DNA of 64,000 nt from Candidatus Sumerlaeaceae bacterium (GTDB lineage Bacteria > Sumerlaeota > Sumerlaeia > Sumerlaeales > Sumerlaeaceae): the NCBI GenBank assembly GCA_019695055.1, contig JAIBAT010000074.1:1-64000 (forward strand). The letters are read 5' to 3'. Both the position numbers and the translations under genes were made by a program. Within the stretch, counting starts at the first letter, position 1; each line of letters opens with the position of its first letter. Below the pieces are notes generated by a model. It had not been told where the DNA came from. It saw only the letters and a list, made by a program, of their open reading frames with translations, and searched no databases. Shown here piece by piece: positions 47,467 through 57,822 of the stretch.

Positions 47467-50304
47467 TTACCCGTTGCTCTCCAGGGTCACTTCGAGCTGC
47501 TCCATCATGTAGGCCTCGACCACATCGCCAACTTTGATGTCGTTGTAGTTCGTAATGCTGAGACCGCACTCCTGGCTTTCGGTCACCTTCTTGGCGTCGT
47601 CCTTGAAGCGCTTGAGGCTCGACAGCGTTCCGTCGTAAATCACGGCGTTGTCTCGCAGCAGGCGGATCTTACTGTCGCGGTTGATTTCGCCGTCCGTTAC
47701 GTAACACCCGGCAATGGTGCCGAGTTTCGAGATTTTGAAGAGCTGGCGGATCTCCACGTGGCCGGTGACCTTCTCCTGGAACTTCGGTTCCAGCATGCCG
47801 ACCATGGCCTTGCGCAGGTCCTCGATGAGGTCGTAGATGATGCGGTAGAGTTTGATGTCCACGCCCGTGCGCGCCGCCATTTCGGTGGCAGATTGCTCCG
47901 GACGCACGTTGAAGCCAATGATGATCGCGTCGGACGCGTCGGCCAGGTTCACATCGCTGTCGTTGATACCGCCGACGCCGCTGTGCAGTATGCGGATACG
48001 CACTTCATTGGAGTTAAGCTTTTCGAGGGATCCCGCAACAGCTTCGATGGAGCCCTGAACGTCGCCCTTGAGGATGATGTTCAGGTCCTTCATTTTACCC
48101 TCGGCGATAAAGTCGTGCAGGCCCTCGAGAGTGACGTGCTGCTTTTGCGGTGTGAGGCCAGCGGCACGGCGACGGAACTCGCGCTTCTCCGCAATTTCGC
48201 GCGCGAGCTGCTCGTTCTCGACGACGACGAACTGTTCGCCGGCACCGGGGCTGCCGCTGAGACCGATAATCTCGGCGGGGAAGCTGGGTCCGGCCTCCTC
48301 GATGGGGCGGCCGTGGTCGTCGTTCATGGCGCGAACGCGACCGCTGATGTCGCCGACGACAAACTCGTCGCCGACGCGCAGCGTACCGCGCTGGACAAGG
48401 ATGGTGGCAACCGCGCCGCGAGCCGGGTCGACGTGGGATTCCACAACGATACCGACAGCGCGGTGGCTGGGGTCGGCCTTGAGTTCAAGAACCTCGGCCT
48501 GCAGGCCCACCATTTCGAGCAACTGCTCGATACCGGTGGCCTTCTTGGCGCTGATCTCCACAAAAATGGTTTCGCCGCCGAACTCCTCGCTGACGAGGCC
48601 GTGTTGCAAGGCTTCCTGCTTCACACGGGCCGGGTCGGCGCCGGGGAGGTCAACCTTGTTGACCGCGACCACGATTGGCACTTTCGCCGCCTGGGCGTGG
48701 TGGATGGCCTCAATGGTTTGTGGCATAAAGCCGTCGTTGGCCGCCACGACAAGGATGACAATGTCCGTGACGCTGGCACCACGGGCGCGCATGGCCGTAA
48801 AGGCCTCGTGGCCCGGGGTGTCAAGGAATACGATGTTACCGCGTGACGTCGGCACGTGGTACGCGCCGATGTGCTGCGTAATGCCGCCGAACTCGCCCTC
48901 GACGACGTTCGACTTGCGAATACGGTCGAGCAGAGTCGTCTTTCCATGGTCGACATGGCCCATGATGGTGACCACGGGCGGACGACGAATCTGGGATTCG
49001 GCGGTGCTGACGGGCATAAACTTCTCGATGTCGCCCTCGTCGGTCTCCTTGATGATTTCGAGATCAACATTGAACTCGCCAGCCAGCAATTCCATGTGCT
49101 CGGGCGAGATAACCTGGTTCACAGTGACCATTTCACCAAGCATGAAAAGCTTTTTAATGACCTCGGTGGACGGCACCTGGATTTTTTCGGCAAACAGGCC
49201 GAGAGTGACCTCGCCGGTGATGGAGACACTGCGTCTGGGCAGCTCAAGGGTCCCGCCCTCCGGCGTCGGCTCATAGCCCACGGACGAACCACCACCACGG
49301 CGACCATCGCGACGACCACCTCGGCCAAAGGCACCACCCTGGTGGGCTCCGGGCCCGGGTTTGCCCGTACGCGGGCGTGACGTTTGCCGCATATCCTCAT
49401 CGAGTTCGAAAATGCGGGTTGGCGTGGGCTTGCGCCGGTCCTTCGAGGCTCCGCCCTTCTTTTTGTCGGGCTTGCGAGCGCTGGGCTTGTCGGCGCGCAT
49501 CACGCCGATGGTGGGCAGATTGGCCTCGGTCAACTGGACTGGGCGCCCTCCGGATTCACCGCGGCGCGGCGGACCACCGGCACCCTGGGGCCGCGGCGGA
49601 CGCTGGGCCCCCGGACCGCCCGGACGTTGAAAACCGCCCTGGCCTGGCGGGCGCTGGAACCCACCCTGGCCACCACCGGGACGCGGACCTGAACCCTGTG
49701 GACGTGGGCCGCCACCGGGTGCTCCACCCTGACGGGGCGGGCCAAAGGACGGGCGCGGACCTGTGCCTGGTGGGCGCGGGCCGGCTGGACGCTGCTGGGG
49801 TTGGCCCGTTGGGGCATCAGAACTTGTTTGGGGGGCGCGGGGCGGCGCACCCGGAATGGGCCGGAATCCAAGCGAACGTAAGCGCTCGGCTTCTTCGGCG
49901 GCGTGCTTGCGGGCCTTTTCTTCCTCTTCGCGGCGCTTGCGGTCTTCCTCGGCGCGCTGGCGGCGCTCTTCCTCGGCTTTGCGGCGGGCCTCCTCTTCGG
50001 CCTTACGGCGCTCTTCCTCTTCGGCCTTGCGCTTTTCTTCGAGCTGGCGGCGGCGCTCCTCCTCCTTGCGGCGGCGCTCCTCCTCCTTCTTGAGGCGCTC
50101 TTCCTCCTTCTTGCGCTCTTCCTCAAGCTCCTTGGCCTTCAGGTCGGCCTTATACTTGTCGATATGGGGCATCAGCTTGCGAACATCCTTGTCCTCGATG
50201 TTCGCGCTGGCGCTGGCCTTGATGGCAACGCGGTGCTTCTTGGCGATGGCTAATACGTCCTTGCTTTCAAGGCCGGTGGCCTTCGCTAGCTCAAAAACCC
50301 TCAT
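47467..50304 (-). CDS. infB: translation initiation factor IF-2
   Basis: 945 aa; charged Glu/Arg/Lys-rich N-terminal region; G-domain [12 protein letters not shown]...DTPGH...NKVD. Confidence 0.95.
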   Translation of the reverse strand: MRVFELAKATGLESKDVLAIAKKHRVAIKASASANIEDKDVRKLMPHIDKYKADLKAKELEEERKKEEERLKKEEERRRKEEERRRQLEEKRKAEEEERRKAEEEARRKAEEERRQRAEEDRKRREEEEKARKHAAEEAERLRSLGFRPIPGAPPRAPQTSSDAPTGQPQQRPAGPRPPGTGPRPSFGPPRQGGAPGGGPRPQGSGPRPGGGQGGFQRPPGQGGFQRPGGPGAQRPPRPQGAGGPPRRGESGGRPVQLTEANLPTIGVMRADKPSARKPDKKKGGASKDRRKPTPTRIFELDEDMRQTSRPRTGKPGPGAHQGGAFGRGGRRDGRRGGGSSVGYEPTPEGGTLELPRRSVSITGEVTLGLFAEKIQVPSTEVIKKLFMLGEMVTVNQVISPEHMELLAGEFNVDLEIIKETDEGDIEKFMPVSTAESQIRRPPVVTIMGHVDHGKTTLLDRIRKSNVVEGEFGGITQHIGAYHVPTSRGNIVFLDTPGHEAFTAMRARGASVTDIVILVVAANDGFMPQTIEAIHHAQAAKVPIVVAVNKVDLPGADPARVKQEALQHGLVSEEFGGETIFVEISAKKATGIEQLLEMVGLQAEVLELKADPSHRAVGIVVESHVDPARGAVATILVQRGTLRVGDEFVVGDISGRVRAMNDDHGRPIEEAGPSFPAEIIGLSGSPGAGEQFVVVENEQLAREIAEKREFRRRAAGLTPQKQHVTLEGLHDFIAEGKMKDLNIILKGDVQGSIEAVAGSLEKLNSNEVRIRILHSGVGGINDSDVNLADASDAIIIGFNVRPEQSATEMAARTGVDIKLYRIIYDLIEDLRKAMVGMLEPKFQEKVTGHVEIRQLFKISKLGTIAGCYVTDGEINRDSKIRLLRDNAVIYDGTLSSLKRFKDDAKKVTESQECGLSITNYNDIKVGDVVEAYMMEQLEVTLESNG

Positions 50305-50721
50305 TCAGTGATCCTGTCGATCCGGCGGCGCGCACAGGCGCGCCATAATATGTTAACTCACGACAATGAAGCATTGGGGTGGTACACAGGCCGGTCGGTG
50401 ATTCGCGCGGCTGACTCCCGGGGAGAAGGTGGGAGAACGCCAAGGCGCGGAAATCGGAAGGGATGACGCAGGGAAGGAAGCGGGTGGGCTGGGTGCGTAT
50501 TTCGTGCGGTCGCCGTTCAGCTTTCCATGTGTCGTCCCTCGACCTTACAAGTCTTTGTAGCCATTTCCATGTCTCATGCCGAGTGAGACATACCGCGCGA
50601 GCCGCCAATTCCTTCAATGGCAATGATTTGTCGCGGTTTCGGGGGCAAAATTCCGTTTGCGGGGCGGGGGTGGGGACGTTCTAAGCAGGTCAGGATTTTT
50701 CACCGACGGAGACACTGGGCC

Positions 50722-51684
50722 ATGCCACTGCTGTTTGACCTGCCACTGAAGGAACTTCACAAGTATGGGGGGAGAAACCCCAAACCCGCGGACCACGAGG
50801 AGTATTGGGAGCGGGGACTGACCGAGATGCGGGCCACGGACCCGGCACCCGAGTTGATGCCGGCGGAGTTTCAGGTGCCGTTTGCGGATTGCTTCCACCT
50901 CTATTTCACAGGGGTCGGCGGAGCGCGGATCCACGCCATGTTTCTGCGCCCCAAGGCCCCCACCCAGCCACACCCAGCGGTTCTAATGTTCCACGGCTAC
51001 ACAGGTCGGGCCGGCGAATGGCACGACAAGCTGGGGTATGCGGCCATGGGTTATACCGTTGCTGCCATGGATTGCCGCGGGCAGGGGGGAAAATCGGAGG
51101 ATGTTGGCGGCGTAAAGGGCACGACCCACAAAGGGCACATCATTCGTGGCTTGGATGGGCCACCTGACCAGATGTTGTTCCGGCAGGTTTTCCTGGATAC
51201 GGCGCAGCTGGCGCGGGTTGTGATGGATATGGAGGATGTGGACGCGGCCCGGGTAGGGGCGCTCGGCAGCAGTCAGGGAGGAGGCTTGACGTTGGCCTGC
51301 GCGGCGTTGGAGCCGCGGATCAAACTGGCCGCGCCGGTCTTCCCCTTTCTATGTGATTACCAGAGGGTTTGGGAAATGGATCTGGCCAAGGAAGCCTATG
51401 AGGAGTTGCGTTACTACTTTCGGATGTTCGACCCCCTCCACGCGAGAGAGGACGAGGTTTTTTGCAAATTAGGTTATATTGACGTTCAACACCTTTGTCC
51501 TCGAATCAAAGCCAAGGTAAGAATGGCCGTTGGACTTCAGGACCAGATTTGCCCGCCATCGTCCCAGTTTGCAGCCTACAATAAGATCAAGTCTGATAAG
51601 AGCCTGATTCTTTACCCCGATTTTGGGCATGAGAACCTGCCGGGGTGCGTGGACGGGATTATGCAGTTCATGCAGGAGTTGTAA
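50722..51684 (+). CDS. acetylxylan esterase / cephalosporin-C deacetylase (CE7)
   Basis: AXE1 family; GSSQGGGL nucleophile elbow; C-terminal HE pair (PDFGHENLPG). Confidence 0.75.
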   Translation: MPLLFDLPLKELHKYGGRNPKPADHEEYWERGLTEMRATDPAPELMPAEFQVPFADCFHLYFTGVGGARIHAMFLRPKAPTQPHPAVLMFHGYTGRAGEWHDKLGYAAMGYTVAAMDCRGQGGKSEDVGGVKGTTHKGHIIRGLDGPPDQMLFRQVFLDTAQLARVVMDMEDVDAARVGALGSSQGGGLTLACAALEPRIKLAAPVFPFLCDYQRVWEMDLAKEAYEELRYYFRMFDPLHAREDEVFCKLGYIDVQHLCPRIKAKVRMAVGLQDQICPPSSQFAAYNKIKSDKSLILYPDFGHENLPGCVDGIMQFMQEL

Positions 51685-51734
51685 TTCTTAACGTAGTCAC
51701 GCCGGAGGGGCAGCGTGACAATAAAAGACTATTG

Positions 51735-52601
51735 TCAAAGCCCGGCGTAATAGTCGTAACCGCGCATGGCCCAGTAGTCGGGCGGGCGCTGGTTTGTGAA
51801 CCGGAGGGCTCCGACACATTTGAGACTCTTGATGCCGTATTTGACCGGCACGGTGAGGCGAAGAGGAGCGCCGTGGATGGGTTCGAGGGGCTGGCCATTC
51901 ATCTCGTAGCACAGAAGCGTCTGGGGGTGGAGGGCGCTCTTCATGTCCAGGCCGACGAAGTACTCGCCATCAGGGGTCATGGCTGACAGATAAGCAGCCG
52001 TATTGATGTTGGGATGGGGTGAAGAGAGGAGTCGGGCGTCCGCGGTGGCCAGGGGGAATCTGGCAGCCAGGTCGGAGACGCGAGCTCCAGCCCAATGGAC
52101 GACTTCGCTCCACCCTTCGATGCAACAGAGCCGGGTGACCATCTCGACGCGGGGCAATGCCTGAATGTCGGAGAGAGAAAGAGTGATGGGCTTGGCCGGA
52201 TCTGTGAGGCCAAAGACGTTTAGGGCCCAATCGATGCCCAGTTCGTTCTCCAGACCGATGGTTCCATTGGCCCGGGGCATCCTTGCCTGAGACTTTGAAT
52301 ACTCGGGGGACAGCCGGGAAAGCGGGGAGAGGGCGCCGGCCACGTTTCCGTTAAGGTTAAGCACTTTACGCAGGGGCCACGGAATGCCATCGTCGTTGGG
52401 GCGCGTGCGCAACCACTGCCATCCAGAGACGGCTGCGATACCCGCGCCGGCGGCAATCAGGAATCCACGGCGGGATGTTCGGCTTGTGAGGCGCTTTGCA
52501 TCCTCTTCGGGCAACCAATCGTCAGGGTTTAATACTTGATTGCTTTGATAGCTCTCCTCTGGATCAAGCTTTTTGTTTTCAGCTGTTCGTGGATCAGTCA
52601 T
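51735..52601 (-). CDS. sulfite-oxidase-family molybdopterin oxidoreductase (MsrP/YedY-like), Tat-exported
   Basis: Twin-arginine leader SRRGFLIAAGAGIAAVSGW; Mo-pterin oxidoreductase domain. Confidence 0.65.
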   Translation of the reverse strand: MTDPRTAENKKLDPEESYQSNQVLNPDDWLPEEDAKRLTSRTSRRGFLIAAGAGIAAVSGWQWLRTRPNDDGIPWPLRKVLNLNGNVAGALSPLSRLSPEYSKSQARMPRANGTIGLENELGIDWALNVFGLTDPAKPITLSLSDIQALPRVEMVTRLCCIEGWSEVVHWAGARVSDLAARFPLATADARLLSSPHPNINTAAYLSAMTPDGEYFVGLDMKSALHPQTLLCYEMNGQPLEPIHGAPLRLTVPVKYGIKSLKCVGALRFTNQRPPDYWAMRGYDYYAGL

Positions 52602-53298
52602 GGCTGGCCTCTGGTACGGCAGGTTGATTCCAGTTAGGTTCCGACTCTCGAATGAACTCTCGACCGATGATCATCGCGCGGAAGTTGTTCCAGCCAGCCT
52701 TGACGACTTGGGCCAGGTGGATCAGAATGAATAGAACGTAACCAATCGTGAGCGCGAAGTGCTCGAGGCGGGCAGCCTCGTAGCCGCCAAGGAGATTTGT
52801 CAACCAAGAAACCTGGACTGGCTTGTAAATGGCGAGACCGGTCACGAGGGATCCGAGGCCCATAAGGATAACGCCGGTATAAGCGAGGCGCTGAGCGCCG
52901 TTGAACTTGCGGGGGGGCAGGGGTTTCTTCGTGAGGTGTAGGTCGTGGAGGACAACATGGAAGGCCTCGGCAAGGGTTTGGCGATTGGGCAGGAGGTAAC
53001 GCCATTCTCCGGAGACAAGTGTGTAGCCGACATAGACGAGGCCGTTCAGGGCGAACAGCCACATAAAGGCGAAGTGCCACGCCATCCCTTCGGCGAGGCG
53101 ATGGTCAAGGTGGAGGAGGTCGTAGAACTTCTCGGGGAAGAACTTGAAAAGGACGACGCTGCCGAACTGGATTCGGTACACGTCGTTGGCCCAGTAGATG
53201 AGGAGCCCGCTCCAGATCATAATGGCGAGCACGGGGACGTTGAGCCAGTGGGAGAGCCGGACGATGAGGGGGTGCTTGCGTTGGAGGCGTGCTTTCAT
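52594..53298 (-). CDS. b-type cytochrome membrane subunit (Ni_hydr_CYTB/PhsC-like)
   Basis: 4-5 TM helices with conserved His (RLSHWLN, HFAFMW, HLAQ); stop overlaps the MsrP-like start. Confidence 0.6.
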   Translation of the reverse strand: MKARLQRKHPLIVRLSHWLNVPVLAIMIWSGLLIYWANDVYRIQFGSVVLFKFFPEKFYDLLHLDHRLAEGMAWHFAFMWLFALNGLVYVGYTLVSGEWRYLLPNRQTLAEAFHVVLHDLHLTKKPLPPRKFNGAQRLAYTGVILMGLGSLVTGLAIYKPVQVSWLTNLLGGYEAARLEHFALTIGYVLFILIHLAQVVKAGWNNFRAMIIGREFIRESEPNWNQPAVPEASHD

Positions 53299-53395
53299 GG
53301 GTTTGGCCTTTTGGGGATTCGGGGATAAGACAAGACGGGAGAGTCGGGAGTGCCCGGACAAGAGTGTCCGGGCCACAACCATAGCTTCCCTCTTG

Positions 53396-53812
53396 TTACA
53401 TCTTGCCTTTCGGGTCCATTTTTTCAGCGTCCTTTGACATCTTGTCGCCAGACATCTTGTCGCCAGACATCTTGTCGCCAGACATCTTGTCGCCAGACAT
53501 CTTGTCGCCAGACATCTTGTCAGCCGGGATGGGGGCGCCTCCCATGCGGGCTCCGCCCATGCGTCCGCCGCGAGCTTCCATCTGCTGCTTCATTTTGAAG
53601 AGCGCGGCCTTCATCTGCGAGGCGTCGTTGCTGGCGATGGCCTCATCGATCATCTTCATGGTTTCCTCGCGGCCCATGAAGGGGGTCGATGTCGTGGGGG
53701 TGTCCTTCATGGCGGCCTGGGGCTGTTCCTCTTTCGAGTCATCCGCGAGACAGGACGTGGTCGTCAGGCAGGTCGCGGCAATGACGGCCGCGGTCAGGCA
53801 TTTGGCAAACAT
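53396..53812 (-). CDS. Met-rich periplasmic repeat protein (MrpX-like)
   Basis: GGAGGA Shine-Dalgarno 7 nt upstream; signal/lipobox-like N-terminus; (DKMSG)x6 plus RMGGARMGG; about 17% Met. Confidence 0.5.
   Translation of the reverse strand: MFAKCLTAAVIAATCLTTTSCLADDSKEEQPQAAMKDTPTTSTPFMGREETMKMIDEAIASNDASQMKAALFKMKQQMEARGGRMGGARMGGAPIPADKMSGDKMSGDKMSGDKMSGDKMSGDKMSKDAEKMDPKGKM
53436..53525. repeat. 15-bp tandem repeat x6 (gacatcttgtcgcca)
   Basis: Perfect copies 1-5, variant copy 6; encode DKMSG repeats on the minus strand. Confidence 0.95.
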
Positions 53813-54041
53813 CAGTAAATCCTCCGTGGTGTTCCAGTGGTGTGGAACGGTTTGGTGTGTCGGTGTGGCCATGGTGTCACGGACCGCGGGGCCTCCGGCG
53901 CATGCTCCGGCGCCCCTGAGTATCCGTCATTCATGCGCCGGGATTTGGTCGGGATACAAGGCGAATCCCTTACAGGAGAAATTCGCTCGACCAGTCCCGG
54001 AGGCGGCAAACCCTTGCAAAATGTGAGGCTGCCGGTGAATA

Positions 54042-54617
54042 ATGGCCTACACTAATCATTGTCTGGTTCGAGGTTTTTGCATTCTCTGGTGTGCAAGAGG
54101 CATTGGGAGGCTTCGGGTCGTGAGCAGGTTGAGGTTAATATTGATTGCGGCGGCACTCGGAAGTTTTACAGCGGGCGCCTGTGCGGCGCCGACGGTGACT
54201 GAGGCAATGGCAGTGTCGACTGTTTCGGCGCCAAAGGAAACCCCCACAAAACCAGCCGAAATAGCAAAACCCCAGAAACCAAAACCCGAGCCGGTGACAA
54301 TGACGCCAGACATTGAAATCTGGCTGGGCGAAAAAGTGGGTCGCTACGGCGACATGGAATTCGAGATTCAGGGCGGCATGCCGGAATTCCCGACGCCGAC
54401 CGGCGCTTTCCAGATCGAGTGGAAGAATCGCGACCACTTCTCAAAGCAGTGGCAGGCGCCGATGCCCTATGCGATGTTTTTCCACAACGGCGCGGCGATC
54501 CACGTCGGCCCCTTATATGGCGGCAGCCACGGCTGCGTGCGCGTAAGTGAGTCCACGGCGCGATATTTGTTTGGTCAAACAAAGGAGCAGGTAACGCGGG
54601 TTTTTGTGTACCCGTAA
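54042..54617 (+). CDS. L,D-transpeptidase (YkuD domain)
   Basis: C-terminal catalytic motif GGSHGCVRV; start uncertain. Confidence 0.7.
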   Translation: MAYTNHCLVRGFCILWCARGIGRLRVVSRLRLILIAAALGSFTAGACAAPTVTEAMAVSTVSAPKETPTKPAEIAKPQKPKPEPVTMTPDIEIWLGEKVGRYGDMEFEIQGGMPEFPTPTGAFQIEWKNRDHFSKQWQAPMPYAMFFHNGAAIHVGPLYGGSHGCVRVSESTARYLFGQTKEQVTRVFVYP

Positions 54618-54654
54618 CGGCCTGTCCCAATTCCACTCCGACAATTTGCAGCGA

Positions 54655-56217
54655 CTAGGGCTTTGCGAGGCTGTTGCCGGTGGTGTTATCATTCCTCAGG
54701 GGGAGGGTCTCGGTGGTGTCGGCCGGGAGGTTGGCGAGAAGTTGGGTGATGGAGTCCTGGGCGTCGTTCGCGAATTTCGTTTCCACCGTGTAATTATTGG
54801 CCATGAGGCTGAAGGCGACGCGGTGCTGGTCGCGGGTGGTGACGTATCCGCTGAGACACCGCACACGGTTGATGTAGCCGGTCTTGGCATGAACGTTCCC
54901 GGCAATGGGGGTCCCCTTGCCGCGGGACTTCAAGGTTCCGTCGACACCCATAATGGGCAGCGAATCATAAAAAACCTGGAACTCCGGCGAGGCGGCGAGT
55001 AGTGCAAGGAGCGCGAGGGTCATGCGGGGTTGGACGAGGTTCTGGCGGGAAAGGCCCGAGCCGTCCACCATGGCCAGGGTGGAGGCGTCAGCGCCGGCGG
55101 TGGTGAGGACGTCCCTCACGGCAAGGCGTCCTTTCTCGACGCTCCCCTCCTTGTAGAATCTGGCGCCGAGGGTACGAATGAGCATGTCGGCGTAGAAATT
55201 CTGGGAGGGCTTGTTGATGATTGCAAGGATACGGGAAAGCGGCGGCGATATGTGGGTGTGGAGCAGCCGGTATTTGGGGGCGTTGAGGCGGTCGGCTTTG
55301 TTGGGAATATCATCGGCGTCCAGGGGCGGGCCGGCAACGCGAACGCCATGGCGCTGGAGTTCCTCGCGCACCATGGTGGCGCAGTAGAGGGTGCCGTTGT
55401 GGATGCTGCCCCAGACATTTTCGGGCGCGGCGCCAAGGGCAACCTCTCCCTTCAGGGTGATGACGTTTTCGTCCAGTTCGCGCGATGAACGGACGGTGGA
55501 GTCCTCGCTCTTACGCTTGGCGGCGCCGGTGGTGACGATTTCATTTTTAATGGTATAGTAGCGCGTTTTGAGCGGCAACTCGACTATGGCCGGGGCGCCG
55601 ATCTTTGCGCCCGGGCGAACCACGGCATCCCAGCAGTTATCGTTAATGGAGAGCCCGCTGCTCTCGGCGGCAAACCAGTCCTTATAGTAGTCGAGCTGCC
55701 AGGTTCCCTCGCGCTGGTCGTCAGTGTAAATGTCGTCGTCGCCGATGACAGAGCCCGTGATGCGGCGAATGCCCGCGGAGGTGATGGCATCGGCCCACTG
55801 GCGGAGAATGGCGGTGGTGGGGGTGTCCTTAAGGTACCGTCCGGAGATGCTGGGGTCGCCGCTGCCGACGATAACGAGATCACCGCGAAGGGTGCCGTCG
55901 CGAGTAATGGGGCCGTTTGCGTACAAGTGGGTTTCATATTTGAAGTCGGGGCCCAGAAGTTTGATGGCGGACGCTGTGGGATAGAGCTTCATGTTTGAGG
56001 CGGGCATGAAACTCTTGTCCGCGTCGCGCTCGTAGAGGATCTCGCTGGTGGTAAGGTCGGCGATAAGTACTCCCCAGCGTGCATTGCTCCAGCGGGGTGC
56101 GTCGAGGATGGAGTCGATGCGGGGTTTGAGAATGGCCTGGGGGGTCTGGGAGAGTGCGGCCGTGTGACAAGCAAGGAGAAAGGCGGAAAACAGGGTGAAA
56201 CGATTCAAAAGACGCAT
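54655..56217 (-). CDS. dacB: D-alanyl-D-alanine carboxypeptidase/endopeptidase (PBP4, S13)
   Basis: Signal peptide; SxxK (PASNMK); peptidase S13 family length and motifs. Confidence 0.8.
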   Translation of the reverse strand: MRLLNRFTLFSAFLLACHTAALSQTPQAILKPRIDSILDAPRWSNARWGVLIADLTTSEILYERDADKSFMPASNMKLYPTASAIKLLGPDFKYETHLYANGPITRDGTLRGDLVIVGSGDPSISGRYLKDTPTTAILRQWADAITSAGIRRITGSVIGDDDIYTDDQREGTWQLDYYKDWFAAESSGLSINDNCWDAVVRPGAKIGAPAIVELPLKTRYYTIKNEIVTTGAAKRKSEDSTVRSSRELDENVITLKGEVALGAAPENVWGSIHNGTLYCATMVREELQRHGVRVAGPPLDADDIPNKADRLNAPKYRLLHTHISPPLSRILAIINKPSQNFYADMLIRTLGARFYKEGSVEKGRLAVRDVLTTAGADASTLAMVDGSGLSRQNLVQPRMTLALLALLAASPEFQVFYDSLPIMGVDGTLKSRGKGTPIAGNVHAKTGYINRVRCLSGYVTTRDQHRVAFSLMANNYTVETKFANDAQDSITQLLANLPADTTETLPLRNDNTTGNSLAKP

Positions 56218-56333
56218 GGTGATCGAAACAGTCTCCTAAGAAATTCGGGAAGCATGGCAAAAGATTGGGGGAATTTAGCGGAGGTGGTTTGCGGGAGGCA
56301 AATGCTAATTCCGGGGGATTGGATCGGTAGGGG

Positions 56334-57803
56334 CTACGGCTGGCTGGTTCTGGGGACGATGCGGTAGCCGAGTGCAACCACCACGATGAGGTACACGGCG
56401 AAGGTGATGGCCCTTGTGGAGAGGGGGGCCGTGTCGTTAAGGAGAAGACTTGCGATTGCGGTGGCGTGTACAGCGGCAAGCAGCCCTAAAAGCGTTAGGT
56501 TGAAGATGTTGCCGAACTGGGAGAGAGTGAAGTAGAGGCAGAGGGCCAGGTTCAACGTTATCATGGCAACCATGGCGACGGCGGCGCCCCAGGCGCCGTG
56601 GGCGGGGATGAGCAGAAAACCGAGAATGATGAAGCAGGCGGCGTTGGTGAAGGACGCATAGGTGACATAGCGCTGCCGGTCGCTGGCGGCGAGGAGATTG
56701 CCGAGGGGAATGGCAAGGAACGTGAGGGGGATGGACCATGCGGAGATCTTCAGGATCGGGATGCTTTCGTCGTAACGGTTGCCGTAGATGGCGTGGATAA
56801 CCTCGCTGCGGAAGGAAAAGAGCAGAAGGCCGAGCGGGATGGCGGCGAGTGCGAAGACATTGAAGCTGCGTGCGAAGAGGGAATTCATGCGGTCGCGGTC
56901 CTCGTGGAAAGCCCGTGAGAGGGCGGGATAGAGGGCGCTGCAGACACTAATGGGAATGAACTGGAGTGTGACGACAATCTTGGCGACAGCGCCGTAGATT
57001 CCAATTTCGCGATCGACGGCTGCGGGGGTGGCGCCCCGAAAGATATAGTAAATCATGATGGAATCCGCAAAGAAATAGATTTGCGTGGCGACGAGCTGGA
57101 GCCCGAAGGGGGTGGCCAGACGGAAGAGCCGACGGAGGGCGGGAGCGTCCCACAGAAATCGGGGGCGGGCGATGGTGCGGAACGCGGCGGCGTTGGCCAC
57201 GAAGCAGACCACGGCGTCGGCGAAGAGGTTGGCACAGACGACAGCGCGCAATCCGCGGCCAGTGTAAATCGCCGTGAGGATCAGCGCTGTGGCGATAAGG
57301 CGATTCAGGACGAGGAACGCGGCATTGAACTGCATGCGCTCCTGAGACTGAAAGAGAATTTCTGAATTTCGGGTGAAAGCCTGAAACACCAGACTGAGGG
57401 CCCAAAGGAGGATGAGTTGCTGACGTTCGGCGGACATGCCGTGGCCGAGGGGCGTGAGGAGTGAGGCCGCAATCGCGATATAAGCAACTGCGCACATGAG
57501 GGTGCGCAGGATGTAGACGTTGCCGGCGGCGGCGGGTAGGGTGTCGCCGGGAAGGCGTGCCATGTCGCGAATGGCCGCACGGCTGAGGCCGAACTCAGTG
57601 GCGAGGCCCAACAGTACGCCGTAGTTCAGGACAAAGGTGTAGATACCGAGGCGCTCGGGGCCGAGGTGGCGGGCGAGAATGATGCTTACAATGAGGTTCA
57701 GAGTTCGGGCGAGGCCCTCTCCGCCAAGGAGAAAAATGGAATTGCGCGCGATTTTGGACTGAAAGCCGGCGCGGTTGAGAGCTTTGTTGGCCATGGTTTT
57801 CAT
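56334..57803 (-). CDS. polysaccharide flippase (MOP/Wzx-like)
   Basis: 489 aa; ~12-14 TM helices; oligosaccharide flippase family pattern. Confidence 0.65.
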   Translation of the reverse strand: MKTMANKALNRAGFQSKIARNSIFLLGGEGLARTLNLIVSIILARHLGPERLGIYTFVLNYGVLLGLATEFGLSRAAIRDMARLPGDTLPAAAGNVYILRTLMCAVAYIAIAASLLTPLGHGMSAERQQLILLWALSLVFQAFTRNSEILFQSQERMQFNAAFLVLNRLIATALILTAIYTGRGLRAVVCANLFADAVVCFVANAAAFRTIARPRFLWDAPALRRLFRLATPFGLQLVATQIYFFADSIMIYYIFRGATPAAVDREIGIYGAVAKIVVTLQFIPISVCSALYPALSRAFHEDRDRMNSLFARSFNVFALAAIPLGLLLFSFRSEVIHAIYGNRYDESIPILKISAWSIPLTFLAIPLGNLLAASDRQRYVTYASFTNAACFIILGFLLIPAHGAWGAAVAMVAMITLNLALCLYFTLSQFGNIFNLTLLGLLAAVHATAIASLLLNDTAPLSTRAITFAVYLIVVVALGYRIVPRTSQP

Positions 57804-57822
57804 GGATGATACGCCATTGCGA

